Below, one piece after another: positions 35,170-45,021 of a stretch of DNA of 64,000 bases. Location of the stretch: assembly GCA_029979565.1 (NCBI GenBank), contig JAPOHG010000005.1, positions 93 to 64,092 on the forward strand. The letters are read 5' to 3'. Every line of letters begins with the position of its first letter. Position 1 is the stretch's first letter. The stretch is from a bacterium. Its GTDB lineage: Bacteria > Bacteroidota > Bacteroidia > Flavobacteriales_D > Sanyastnellaceae. The position numbers and the translations under genes are program-made. The notes under the pieces were generated by a model that was not told the origin of the DNA, ran no database searches, and worked only from the letters and a program-made list of their open reading frames with translations.

Positions 35170-37229
35170 AAGCGGAGGAATAAAGTTTCAGCAGCAAGCG
35201 CTGCAACAGCGAAGAGAAGCAACGCCTTCCACAAGGGAATGCCTTGCTCCAGCCGTTGAATGATTTGAGGCAAAGTCGAGCTTGTGCCGGCGAGGATGCG
35301 CATGGTGGGCCACGAACGGGCATTCCATGCGGATTCGAAAGCCTCGACATCCCAAGCGAGGTGGTCGGATTCCGCCCGGTCTTGGTTCAAACCGACGGCC
35401 GCGACGGGCATTTCACCGTTCTTCAAGATGTAATGGCCCGTTTCAAACGGAACACCTGCGAGCTTGACTTGAGCTCGTTGACCAAATTCCCGCACTTCCG
35501 GCAGCCACTGGGCTGCTCGGGTTTCCGAATTGCTTCCCCAAAGCTGGGGGCCTTCCATGGACCATCCGCTTTCCCGGCGCAGGGGTGCATCGACTGCCCA
35601 AGCATCTGTGGTTCCCAACTCGGCCTGGTGAATGGAATGCGAAGAGGAGCGTTCGGCAATGCGCAGCATAAGCGGAACCCAGAAGGCATGGCGAATCAAG
35701 TTGGTCGCTTCTTCAGCGGCTCCAGCATTCAAGACAAAAATTTGTCCGAGCCCTTTGGGAATTCGGGACAGATAAGCTCGACCGGTTTCTGTCGTGGCCA
35801 GCACTTCTTCCCTCGGCGCTGCGCCACGGCTCCAGATGGACGCGACTTCAGGCAAGTCGATGCGCTCAGGCGTTTGCGCAAACATGTCGCTGAAGAAAGG
35901 GTGGGCCAGTTGGAGTTCACTCACCCGATCGGATTGTTCAATCCACGTGTTACCCTCTGGAACTCCAAAGCCGTCAAGCAGTGGCGCATTGAGCGTCTTC
36001 TGCGTGGGGATGTGAACCGCGGTGCCGCCGTCCTCGACATACCTCAGAAGCGCATTGTTGAATCCGGAACCCGAAGCCGGCCAGTTGTTCAAGACGACCA
36101 CCTGGTAGCCACTGAAATCTCCCGGGCTCCACTGGGTTTGGTACGTGACCTTGTACAGACCGCCAGCCGTTTTGTACGCGCGTTGAAGGGCGGCATTCAC
36201 AGCCTCTGCGTCACCGGAGGAGAGCACCAAGATGTTGATTTGATCCAAGACATCGTACCCGAAATGCCATTGGTCATCGAAGCGGATGGGCGCGTCATCG
36301 ATTTCCACGCTTGCCGACTGAATGCCTGCTGAACCGTGTGTATAGCGCAGTACGGTATCGGTTGCAATGCCCGGTACGAGGTTGAAGGTCCCGATGGCCA
36401 CCCGTTCACCGTTGATGCGGAGGTTCATGGGGATGCGATCGACGGATGCCCGCGAGTTGTGCTGCATGCGCACGTACAATGCCGCTTGCCTTCCTTCGAT
36501 GCGGACGGGTTCGTCGAACCACACGGAGTCGACCCAGATGTTCGGAGTGCTCCCAGCCAACTCCGGCACAAAAAACCACTGGATGGACGAGTCGGGCGGA
36601 GTGGCCTCGTCGGACAACCGATGCGTGGAGGCTTGGAGGTCACTGAAGATGTAGGCTGATGTTCGGCGATCGGAAGCTTTCCCTAGTTGATTTTCAATGC
36701 GTTCGAGTACCGCACCGAGGGATTGGGTCTGGTGCGTTGGCCGAATGCTTTCGATGCGTTCGACCGCTTGATCGCGGGTGAGAAATGCTTGGTCTCTTCC
36801 TGAGAACGCATTGGTGAGCACCTGGAACTGATCCGTTGGTTCATACTGCTCAACGACGAGGGCGGCTTTGTTCCGCGCGGATTGAAGCAATTGTCCTTCT
36901 TCGCCCATGCCTTCCATGGAAAGGCTGTTGTCCACGTAAATGGATACGGCATGCCCGGCAGTTGATGCGGCATTGCTCTGTTCGTCTTCATCAAACCAAG
37001 TCGGCTGTGCAAATGCTGCAATGAGCGCTGCAAAAGCGAGCAAGCGCAACAGCAGCACCCACCAGTGGCGAATTTGTTGCGTCGCCCGTGCATCGCGTTG
37101 GACGTCTTTCAGAAAAGCGACTTGCGAGAATTGAACGCGTTTGAACCTCCGAAAATGAAGGAGGTGAATGGCTATCGGAATAGCCAGTGCACCGAGACCC
37201 CAAAGTATTTCTGGATGCACAAATTCCAT
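35145..37229 (-). CDS. BatA-N (N-terminal double-transmembrane) domain protein
   Basis: MEFVHPEILWGLGALAIPIAIHLLHFRRFKRV is typical of TIGR02226-type N-termini. C-terminal TM helix. Start trimmed to ATG 37229. Confidence 0.75.
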   Translation of the reverse strand: MEFVHPEILWGLGALAIPIAIHLLHFRRFKRVQFSQVAFLKDVQRDARATQQIRHWWVLLLRLLAFAALIAAFAQPTWFDEDEQSNAASTAGHAVSIYVDNSLSMEGMGEEGQLLQSARNKAALVVEQYEPTDQFQVLTNAFSGRDQAFLTRDQAVERIESIRPTHQTQSLGAVLERIENQLGKASDRRTSAYIFSDLQASTHRLSDEATPPDSSIQWFFVPELAGSTPNIWVDSVWFDEPVRIEGRQAALYVRMQHNSRASVDRIPMNLRINGERVAIGTFNLVPGIATDTVLRYTHGSAGIQSASVEIDDAPIRFDDQWHFGYDVLDQINILVLSSGDAEAVNAALQRAYKTAGGLYKVTYQTQWSPGDFSGYQVVVLNNWPASGSGFNNALLRYVEDGGTAVHIPTQKTLNAPLLDGFGVPEGNTWIEQSDRVSELQLAHPFFSDMFAQTPERIDLPEVASIWSRGAAPREEVLATTETGRAYLSRIPKGLGQIFVLNAGAAEEATNLIRHAFWVPLMLRIAERSSSHSIHQAELGTTDAWAVDAPLRRESGWSMEGPQLWGSNSETRAAQWLPEVREFGQRAQVKLAGVPFETGHYILKNGEMPVAAVGLNQDRAESDHLAWDVEAFESAWNARSWPTMRILAGTSSTLPQIIQRLEQGIPLWKALLLFAVAALAAETLFLRLWKPSSKA

Positions 37230-37261
37230 TCTCCGCAAATTTAGCTCCAATTTTGCGTGCG

Positions 37262-38077
37262 ATGGCGAAGCGAGCAGCGAAGGATGAAAAAATACATGTG
37301 TCGGATGACCTCCGGGACTTTTTGCTGGAGAAAGCCGCTACGTATGAACGGCCTGGCTTCATCTCCGATGATCCGATTGCGATTCCGCATCGGTTCGCGG
37401 ACAAGGCAGACATCGAGCTTGCTGGATTCATTGCGGCCACATTGGCATGGGGGCAACGGAAGACCATTTTGGCCAGTGCCGGAGCGTTCGTCGACCGCTT
37501 GGACGGGGCTCCTCGAGATTTCATGGAACATGCCACACCAGACGACATCCGCACCGCGGCGAAAGGGTTTGTTCACCGAACGTTCCAACCTCGGGATGCC
37601 GAGGTGTTTTTGAGCGCGCTCCAAGCGTTGGTCAAGGCATTCGGTGGGCTGGAGTCGGCATTCATTCCTGCCGATGGCGAAGCCCATGCTGCGGCCTGCC
37701 TCACCGCCTTTCACAACCGGTTTTTTGAAGCGGCAGCGCAGTGCGGTTACGAAGCAGGTCGCACCCGAAAACACGTCGCAACGCCGGCCCGCGGCTCCGC
37801 GGCGAAACGATTGAATATGTACCTCCGGTGGATGGTAAGGTCCAACCGTCGTGGAGTGGATTTTGGACTGTGGCACCAGATCGCCCCGAGCCAACTGATG
37901 GTGCCTCTGGATGTTCACACGGGCAATGTGGGCCGGAAACTGGGGCTGTTTGGGCGAAAACAAAACGACTGGAAGGCGGTTGAATTGCTCACGTCGGCCT
38001 TGCGCCAAATCGATCCAGAGGACCCGGTTCGAATGGACTTTGCGTTGTTTGGCTTGGGCGCCATTGAGCAGTTTTAA
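37262..38077 (+). CDS. TIGR02757/DUF2400-family protein
   Basis: DDPIAIPHRFADKADIELAGFIAATLAWGQRKTIL and RMDFALFGLG are family-typical. ATG 37262 avoids overlap with the divergent gene. Confidence 0.75.
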   Translation: MAKRAAKDEKIHVSDDLRDFLLEKAATYERPGFISDDPIAIPHRFADKADIELAGFIAATLAWGQRKTILASAGAFVDRLDGAPRDFMEHATPDDIRTAAKGFVHRTFQPRDAEVFLSALQALVKAFGGLESAFIPADGEAHAAACLTAFHNRFFEAAAQCGYEAGRTRKHVATPARGSAAKRLNMYLRWMVRSNRRGVDFGLWHQIAPSQLMVPLDVHTGNVGRKLGLFGRKQNDWKAVELLTSALRQIDPEDPVRMDFALFGLGAIEQF

Positions 38078-38088
38078 ATAGCGACGCA

Positions 38089-39267
38089 ATGAACCCTCCA
38101 CGCCGCACATGGAACCGTCGCCTTGCGACCACAAACGATGGCTCACCGACGTTGGAAGTGGTGGAATGGGGCGTTGCGTACCACAGCATTCACGGTGCCT
38201 TGACCGAATCGATGCACGTCTTCATTGCTCGGGGTTTGGAGCGGTGGTGGTCAGAAAACGCAGGGAACGCCACTTGCCTTCGGGTGCTGGAAGTGGGGTT
38301 CGGAACAGGCCTCAATGCAGCCCTGGCCTGGCAATGGGCCGAGCGCAGAGGCGTTACACTGGAATACGTCGGCTTGGAGCCGTATCCGCTGGATCCCGGC
38401 GAAGCAGCTGCGTGGGTTGCGTCCGGACTTCCCGAAGACTTGGAGCGGCGGATGCATGCATTGCACGAACAATCTGCTGGACCGAATGGATATTCGACCG
38501 ATGGGTTTTCAGCTCACATCCTGCGAAAGATGGTGCAAGATTGGAATGGCTCGGGCACTTTTGACGTGTGCTTTTTTGATGCTTTCGCCCCGACGCAACA
38601 GCCCGAATTATGGGAGGCTCCGATTTTTGAGTCGTTGCTTCAACGCATGAATCCCGGGGCCGTGCTCGCAACGTACTGCGCCAAAGGGCAGGTGCGGCGA
38701 AACATGGAAGGATCCGGTTGGAAGGTTGAGCGGCATCCTGGCCCTCCAGGCAAACGCGAAATGCTCGTCGCGAGAAACGTTCCGGTGTCGCACTGGAATG
38801 TGCGGTGCTATGCGTTGATATTGAATCCAGCGCGCACGCACATTCTCGTGGCACGCGAGCGGTTTCCCGATGGCTCAGTAGGCTGCAAATTCCCGGGAGG
38901 AGGTGTCGAACCGGGCGAGGCACTGGTGGATACGCTGTGGCGGGAATGCGCCGAAGAATTGGGCTCAACGGAAGGCCTTGCGTGGCTGGGCCATGCCTAC
39001 ACGAATGATTTTTTTGTCCGCAGCGCATTCCGAGAGGACGAGCAAATTCTTGCCGTTTACCATTGGATGCAGGCCGATGATGAAGGCGTGGCTTGGTGGG
39101 ACGAAAAGCCGTCCACCGTGGCCGCTTCAGAGCCTTTGCTTGAAATGAATTGGGAAGCCTTAACCGAACTGACGCCGAATGCGATGAGGTTTCCGATTGA
39201 CCGGTACGTTGTATCGAACTTGAAGGTGTGGCTCGCCACTATCCAATCAGGCCCAAGCGCTGGTTGA
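38089..39267 (+). CDS. fusion: MnmD/MnmC-type tRNA mnm5s2U methyltransferase domain + NUDIX hydrolase domain
   Basis: LEVGFGTGLN SAM motif and FFDAFAPTQQPELW (MnmC methyltransferase-domain hallmark). C-terminal intact Nudix box GGGVEPGEALVDTLWRECAEELG. Confidence 0.75.
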   Translation: MNPPRRTWNRRLATTNDGSPTLEVVEWGVAYHSIHGALTESMHVFIARGLERWWSENAGNATCLRVLEVGFGTGLNAALAWQWAERRGVTLEYVGLEPYPLDPGEAAAWVASGLPEDLERRMHALHEQSAGPNGYSTDGFSAHILRKMVQDWNGSGTFDVCFFDAFAPTQQPELWEAPIFESLLQRMNPGAVLATYCAKGQVRRNMEGSGWKVERHPGPPGKREMLVARNVPVSHWNVRCYALILNPARTHILVARERFPDGSVGCKFPGGGVEPGEALVDTLWRECAEELGSTEGLAWLGHAYTNDFFVRSAFREDEQILAVYHWMQADDEGVAWWDEKPSTVAASEPLLEMNWEALTELTPNAMRFPIDRYVVSNLKVWLATIQSGPSAG

Positions 39268-39820
39268 CACAGTCGTCAATGCGCTGGTAAAGGTGTGCCG
39301 GTGAAAACGTGCGCCAGCCGAGTTCGCTCAATTCCCCACCCAACACGAAATAGCTGTCGAGGTCGATGGCCTTCATATCGTCGATGACGTGTTCCCGGAA
39401 ATTCAGCAATGCGATCCATCCGTCTTCCTCCGTGACTTCATCGAACCACTCTTCGTAATAGCAATCGTCGCTGAAGTGGAAATTCAAGACGTTTTCACCA
39501 ATCAGGATGTAGCGATGGATGCCCTCAGCCATGAGCACGTCAATCACTTCGCGTTTGAGCTGCATGATGTCGTTGTGCAAGCAGTCGTTCCATTCCCCGA
39601 TGAACTCGATAATGGCAAAGCGTTCGTCGTAGTCGACGAATAAAATTTTACAGAATAAGGTGGGCGAGTGGATGGAATCCCATTGCGGATGGATGAAGTA
39701 GTTGTAGACTTTGGTTGAGTATTCAAACTCGCTGTAGGTCCGATCGAAGAAGGGGCTGCGCGGATCGCTGCTCGCTACGTAATGGTTACGCCATGCATAA
39801 TAGGGTTCCAACGTGTGCAT
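39239..39820 (-). CDS. conserved hypothetical protein
   Basis: 193-aa ORF starting 3 nt after the murQ stop, last gene of a co-directional string. No recognised motif. Confidence 0.6.
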   Translation of the reverse strand: MHTLEPYYAWRNHYVASSDPRSPFFDRTYSEFEYSTKVYNYFIHPQWDSIHSPTLFCKILFVDYDERFAIIEFIGEWNDCLHNDIMQLKREVIDVLMAEGIHRYILIGENVLNFHFSDDCYYEEWFDEVTEEDGWIALLNFREHVIDDMKAIDLDSYFVLGGELSELGWRTFSPAHLYQRIDDCVNQRLGLIG

Positions 39821-39823
39821 GGC

Positions 39824-40654
39824 TTATCCTCGTTCGTTCAATTGCTCAATCGAAGCGCGCACGTCGTTGGTCATCCGGAGCGATGCCGCTGCCTCTTCTG
39901 CCGAGGCACCCGTAGCGTCTTGAATCATGCGCACGCCGCGCTCTTGAAGTTTCGCATTGGAAGGCTTCATGTCAACCATTTTTGAACCCACCACGTGACC
40001 GAGTTGGATCATGGCTGTGGTGCTGATCAAATTGAGGATGAGCTTGGTGGCTGTTCCCGCATTCAGCCGCGTGCTGCCCGTGACGAATTCAGGGCCGGTG
40101 ACGGCGACCATCGCATGGTCAGCTGTTTCGGTCACAGCAGATTGAGGATTGCACGTGATGCAGGCCGTCAGGAGCCCTGCTTCATGTGCGGCTTTCAGCC
40201 CTCCTACGACGTAAGGCGTGCGTCCTGAAGCAGCGATGCCAATCAAGGTGTCCAGCGGTGTGGGTTGCGCGGCAGACAGGTCCCTCCATGCTCCGTTCGG
40301 ATCGTCTTCGGCCCCTTCGACCGCCACCCGCAGCGCACCATCGCCTCCGGCAATCCATCCTTGGACTTGGGTTGCATCCACCCCAAAGGTCGGCGGGCAT
40401 TCACTCGCGTCCAACACCCCCAGGCGTCCACTCGTTCCGGCGCCAATGTAGAAAAGCCGACCGCCTTTTTTCATGCGGGGCACGAGGGCTTCGACAAAGC
40501 GCTGCACGCTGTCAAGGGCCGCGCCGACTGCATCCAAGGCCCCTTGCGTCTGTCCGTGCATGGCGGTGACCAACTCCTCAATGGACTTGGAATCCAAACC
40601 CTGATGTGGACCCGATTGCTCGGTGGGAGGGAGGTGGGATTCTTCGGCGTTCAT
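39824..40654 (-). CDS. murQ: N-acetylmuramic acid 6-phosphate etherase
   Basis: SIS domain with GGRLFYIGAGTSGRLGVLDASECPPTFG. Start trimmed to ATG 40654. Confidence 0.88.
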   Translation of the reverse strand: MNAEESHLPPTEQSGPHQGLDSKSIEELVTAMHGQTQGALDAVGAALDSVQRFVEALVPRMKKGGRLFYIGAGTSGRLGVLDASECPPTFGVDATQVQGWIAGGDGALRVAVEGAEDDPNGAWRDLSAAQPTPLDTLIGIAASGRTPYVVGGLKAAHEAGLLTACITCNPQSAVTETADHAMVAVTGPEFVTGSTRLNAGTATKLILNLISTTAMIQLGHVVGSKMVDMKPSNAKLQERGVRMIQDATGASAEEAAASLRMTNDVRASIEQLNERG

Positions 40655-40686
40655 ACTGCTGCAAAAATACGCGGGCAAGGCTGGAA

Positions 40687-41448
40687 TCAGGCGTTGGTAT
40701 TCCACCATTCCCAAGCGGCCTCTGCTTGCGCAATCAACATGGGTTTGCCGTTCATTGTTTTCGCTCCAGCGGCTTCAGCGCGCTTGAGGAACGCAGTTTG
40801 CGCCGGGTTGTACACCAAGTCCACGGCCAGGTGCTCAGGTGTCAATCCATCCCACGGCAGTTCGATGCACGCTTCGATGTCTGGATAGGTTCCTACCGGC
40901 GTGCACTGGACGACGAGTTTGCAATGCCCGAGGAAGGCCGCATTTAAGGTCTCATACCGCATCGCTTCCCATTCGATGGGCGAGCGGGTGACGTGGATGA
41001 CGTCGATGCCCAGCGATTGCAGGCCGAATCGCACGGCCGCTGCGGCGCCCCCGTTGCCCAAAATCAACGCCCGTTCGTGCGCGGAGGTCAGAAAGGGCCG
41101 GAGCGACTTCATGAATCCTTCTGCATCGGTATTGTGTCCGATCCACCCGTTAGACGCGGGTTTGATGGCATTGACCGCACCGATGGCAAGGGCTGTCGGC
41201 GTCACATCTTGCAACAGCGGGATGATGGATTGCTTGTACGGAATCGTCACGTTCAATCCCATCAAGGCTGGAGATGCTTGGGCTTCGGCATTCAACCATT
41301 CACCGAACCCGTCGAGATTGGCGCGTTCAAACCTCTCGTACGTGGCATTGGTCACCCGCCAAGCATGGAATCGATCGGCAAACAGGGCCGGAGAATGGCT
41401 GTGAGAAAGGGATGCTCCCAGGACTCCAAACCGTCGCGTGACGCTCAT
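40687..41448 (-). CDS. aroE: shikimate dehydrogenase
   Basis: FGVLGASLSHSHSPALF..., LILGNGGAAAAV Rossmann motif. Start trimmed to ATG 41448 (4-nt overlap with the upstream stop). Confidence 0.85.
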   Translation of the reverse strand: MSVTRRFGVLGASLSHSHSPALFADRFHAWRVTNATYERFERANLDGFGEWLNAEAQASPALMGLNVTIPYKQSIIPLLQDVTPTALAIGAVNAIKPASNGWIGHNTDAEGFMKSLRPFLTSAHERALILGNGGAAAAVRFGLQSLGIDVIHVTRSPIEWEAMRYETLNAAFLGHCKLVVQCTPVGTYPDIEACIELPWDGLTPEHLAVDLVYNPAQTAFLKRAEAAGAKTMNGKPMLIAQAEAAWEWWNTNA

Positions 41449-42344
41449 GCGGATAGACGGTTTCCGAGTCGATGCAACGCCATCACCAGGCCTGCACCAA
41501 CCGCTGCACAGACCATGCAGGTGAGCCATTCACCGGAATCTGGCCAGGCGTTGGTTTGAAGCCACGTTTCGCGACCGTCGCTGTGAGTGTGAAGCAGCAC
41601 GGCGTTCTCTTTCCAGGGCCACAACGCTTGCAAAGAGCCAAGCAGCAAGCCAGTCAATGCGGCCATGACTTGATTTCGGGCACGAGCGAGCAAGGACTTG
41701 AGGCCTTTGCTGAACCCAAGCAACCCACTGACGGCTCCAGCGCCTACCGTGGCGATCACCAGCACGTCAAATTCTTTGAGGGCACCAATGACGGTGCTGT
41801 ACACGCCCAAAAGCAGCAAAATGAAGCTGCCCGATATCCCGGGCAAAATCATGGCACAGGCCGCGATGGCCCCACATGCGAAGAGGTACAACAAACTCGG
41901 TTCCACCTGAAGCGGCGGCAGGGATCCCACACCGAAAGTGATCGCTGCACCCGCGATGAAGAGCAGACCCAGCGAGGTGTTGCGTCGGTTGATTTCACGA
42001 CCAACAAGCGGTATGGAAGCCGCGACGAGGCCGAAGAAAAAGGCGAATAAGGCGGCTCGATGGTGTTCCAGCAAGTGATGGAGGAGTCCGGACAACCCTA
42101 TGATGCTGGTGCCAATCCCCGCCGCCAGGGCGAGAAGAAACGACGCATTCAATGCCTTCAAAACGCCTGAAAATCCATCCGCTTTCCAGGTGCCAACCAG
42201 CCCCCATGAAACGGCAGAAATGGAATGGAGCAAGTCGTCGTAGATGCCCGTGATCAAGGCTACGGTACCGCCGGATACACCGGGCACCAGGTCCGCAGCT
42301 CCCATGGCCATTCCGCGCAGAAAAATTCCGAGGTGGCGTTTCAT
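41445..42344 (-). CDS. DUF368-family membrane protein (family reported as polyprenyl-phosphate transporter, PopT-like)
   Basis: GMAMGAADLVPGVSGGTVALITGIYD hallmark; multi-pass membrane protein. ATGA overlap with the rhodanese stop. Confidence 0.8.
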   Translation of the reverse strand: MKRHLGIFLRGMAMGAADLVPGVSGGTVALITGIYDDLLHSISAVSWGLVGTWKADGFSGVLKALNASFLLALAAGIGTSIIGLSGLLHHLLEHHRAALFAFFFGLVAASIPLVGREINRRNTSLGLLFIAGAAITFGVGSLPPLQVEPSLLYLFACGAIAACAMILPGISGSFILLLLGVYSTVIGALKEFDVLVIATVGAGAVSGLLGFSKGLKSLLARARNQVMAALTGLLLGSLQALWPWKENAVLLHTHSDGRETWLQTNAWPDSGEWLTCMVCAAVGAGLVMALHRLGNRLSA

Positions 42345-42670
42345 CCCACTTCTTCTTCGGGAGAAAACGCGGCGCACCACGCCGTCATGCCACCTTCCAA
42401 GCTGAACAGGTTGTCAAAACCGTGTTTGGTCATGAGTGCACTTACGGTTGCCGCTGAGCGAGCACCGGCGCGGCAATACACAACTACGGGATGCGTCCTT
42501 GGAATTTCTGCATTCCGGCTGAGGCAGAAAGCCATGGGGATGTGTGTCTCCGTCAACCGGCTCACGTTGACCTCGTGGATTTCGCGAATGTCCAAGAATG
42601 AAAACTCTTTTCCGTCCAGCTGCCATTGGTGGACTTCACGAGGCGTGACGGTGGGGACGGGAGTCTGCAT
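42341..42670 (-). CDS. single-domain rhodanese-like sulfurtransferase
   Basis: VVVYCRAGARSA active-site loop; 109 aa. Confidence 0.85.
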   Translation of the reverse strand: MQTPVPTVTPREVHQWQLDGKEFSFLDIREIHEVNVSRLTETHIPMAFCLSRNAEIPRTHPVVVYCRAGARSAATVSALMTKHGFDNLFSLEGGMTAWCAAFSPEEEVG

Positions 42671-42686
42671 CGGACATGGACTGGGG

Positions 42687-43493
42687 TTAGTCTTCCTCGA
42701 CGGTATCGCTTACGAGCCGTTTACCTTCGGCAAGCGCTTCCGGGAGATGTTCGAAGAACGTATCTCCACGCAGGCCCAAGCGCAAGCATTCCAAAGGAAT
42801 CAAGTCGTTCGGACCGATGTTGCCCAGGTTAACATTCGCACCAAACTGGCGCAGGAACCAAACCTGTTGGGGCTTTTTGGGAGCTTCCCACAGGATGTCT
42901 TCAAGCGCCACATTCGCCAAGATGCGCTTGACGAGTTGTACGTGGGCACTTCCATTCGGACGGTAAATTCCAACGTTTCCGCTTTCCCGGGCTTCTGCGA
43001 TGACCTTGAAGCTGCCCGCTTGGAGCTCGTTGCTCATCATTCGGATCCACTTGGCCGGGCTGATCAGGATGCCTTCTTCTTTGGAACCCACCTCGGAGAG
43101 GACCTTGAAATTCTTGCTCAGTCGGTTGATGAGCTCGCACTTTTCATCGTGGGGAATGACCATCGATCCGTCACTGACTTCGAGGCAGTTGATGCCCAAG
43201 TTGTCAATGAAACGGAGGTAGCCATCGACATCGTTGCGAACGTAAAATGCTTCGAACAACGTGCCTCCACAGTAGACGTCAAAGCCGGCGTCATGGTACC
43301 GCTTCACCTTTTCTCCGACATTGGGTGTGACCAATGAGGTGCCGAAGCCGAGTTTCAAGAGGTCGACCAGTTCTCCACCGGTTTCGATAAGGTCTTCAGC
43401 TTGCCGAAGGCTCAGCCCTTTGTCCATCACCATGGTCAATCCATTGGTGCGAGGGCGTGTGGTGCGTTCGGGCAGATGCGAAATTTCGAACAT
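42687..43493 (-). CDS. phosphosulfolactate synthase (ComA) family protein
   Basis: RPRTNGLTMVMDKGLSLRQAEDLIETGGELVDLLKLGFGTS matches the ComA family N-terminus; 268 aa. Confidence 0.8.
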   Translation of the reverse strand: MFEISHLPERTTRPRTNGLTMVMDKGLSLRQAEDLIETGGELVDLLKLGFGTSLVTPNVGEKVKRYHDAGFDVYCGGTLFEAFYVRNDVDGYLRFIDNLGINCLEVSDGSMVIPHDEKCELINRLSKNFKVLSEVGSKEEGILISPAKWIRMMSNELQAGSFKVIAEARESGNVGIYRPNGSAHVQLVKRILANVALEDILWEAPKKPQQVWFLRQFGANVNLGNIGPNDLIPLECLRLGLRGDTFFEHLPEALAEGKRLVSDTVEED

Positions 43494-43496
43494 GGT

Positions 43497-44990
43497 TTAG
43501 GGTTTAAATCGTTCAATCCGTTCGATGTAGCGCGCATCATTGGCAAGCGCAGGTAAGAAATTCAACAGAATTTCGGACTGATCATAGTGGTGTGTCAAAA
43601 GGAATTCCAACAAGTCAAAAGCGGCTTTGTGTTGTCCAAGAGCGTATTGGCTGATGAATCTTCGGTAACTCAAATTCGGTGCATCTTTCAATGCAGAGAG
43701 GCCATCTTCGATAACGAGCAAGGCGTCCTCGTGCCGTTGGGCGAGCTGCAAATTGTCCACCCGCTCAAGCCAGAGCTCTTCGTGCTGAATGTCCAGCAGG
43801 AGTCCTTGGGTATAGACTTCTTCGGCTCGGTCGTGTTCTTCTCGTTTTTTGAGGCACGTGGCCAGCATCAAGTGGTAATCGGCGTGCTTGGGTTCAATTT
43901 CCAACGCTTGCTCGAAGTAGGCACAAGCTTCACCGAGTCGGCATTGCATGTCTGCAAGTACGCCCAAACCCACAAACGCATCGGCGAACCGCGGGTCCAG
44001 CTTCAAACTGTCTCGGTAATAGGTTTCCGCACGTTCGAGGTCTCCGATCCGCTCGAGGCATTCACCCATGTAGCAACGCGTACTGGGTGAGGGGTCTTCA
44101 AACGACAGGGTCTCTTCGTACGTGTGCAAGGCGTCTTGGTAACGCTCCATGGCGACGAGCGCCTCGGCTTTCTGATGATAGGCGGGGCCGAAGGCACTTT
44201 CGATGGCGATGGCGAAGTCGTAGGCATCAATGGCTTGGGTGTACCGACCCGCTTGCTGAAGCGCGTTGCCCATGCTGTACCAAGCCGCGAAGGAATACGG
44301 CTGTTTTTCCAGGAATTGCTCATAAAAGGCAGCAGCCTGTTTGAATTGACCGGTACGCTCGTAGCAGAAGGCCAACTCGTAAACGGCTGTCTCGTTCAAT
44401 TGATCTTCCTCCAATGCCTCGTGGAGGTTGCGAATGGCTTCCTGCCAGGCGCCCATGTTTTCATATTCAAGGGCAATGTCAATGCGAAGCTCCCGCTTGG
44501 CTTCTTTGTCGGCAAACATCAGCGCGCGCTTGAAGCAATCAATGGCGAGTTTGTGCTCCGACATTTGGCTGTACACCGCACCCAGGGTCACCAGAACTTC
44601 TTCGTTCAAGGGTTCTAAGTCGAGCAGTTCTTTCAGCAATGGCACGGCTTTGACGCCTTGGCCAGAAGCGATGCGAATCTGTGCATGCTTCAATTTCAAG
44701 GCAAGGTTCGCGGGATACAATTGACTCGCATGGCGAGCGACCGCGTGGGCCTTGCGAATGGACTTCTGTTCGAGGTAGTGCTCGATGAGTCCTTCCAGCT
44801 CATCCACGTCGAAGAAGGCCTGTTCGCCGTGCTCCATCATCGCCTCGAACTTCTCAACGAGTCCTTGCAGTGCAGGCTCGCCTCTGTAAGCGCGTCCTTC
44901 TTCATTCATCATATCAAATCTACTAAGGGATGGGATTCCGGAGGGCATTTCGAACACTCCTTTTTTCACATCCGGGGGCATTTCTTTCAC
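43497..44990 (-). CDS. tetratricopeptide-repeat protein
   Basis: Repeated A..Y/F..AL...P TPR periodicity throughout 497 aa. Confidence 0.8.
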   Translation of the reverse strand: MKEMPPDVKKGVFEMPSGIPSLSRFDMMNEEGRAYRGEPALQGLVEKFEAMMEHGEQAFFDVDELEGLIEHYLEQKSIRKAHAVARHASQLYPANLALKLKHAQIRIASGQGVKAVPLLKELLDLEPLNEEVLVTLGAVYSQMSEHKLAIDCFKRALMFADKEAKRELRIDIALEYENMGAWQEAIRNLHEALEEDQLNETAVYELAFCYERTGQFKQAAAFYEQFLEKQPYSFAAWYSMGNALQQAGRYTQAIDAYDFAIAIESAFGPAYHQKAEALVAMERYQDALHTYEETLSFEDPSPSTRCYMGECLERIGDLERAETYYRDSLKLDPRFADAFVGLGVLADMQCRLGEACAYFEQALEIEPKHADYHLMLATCLKKREEHDRAEEVYTQGLLLDIQHEELWLERVDNLQLAQRHEDALLVIEDGLSALKDAPNLSYRRFISQYALGQHKAAFDLLEFLLTHHYDQSEILLNFLPALANDARYIERIERFKP

Positions 44991-45009
44991 GACTCATGCC
45001 TGGCCATGG

Positions 45010-45017
45010 TATTTTTG
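45010..45017 (+). promoter_or_regulatory. -7 promoter box (TAttTTTG) 4 nt upstream of the glmM ATG
   Basis: TATTTTTG-accc-ATG. Confidence 0.5.
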
Positions 45018-45021
45018 ACCC

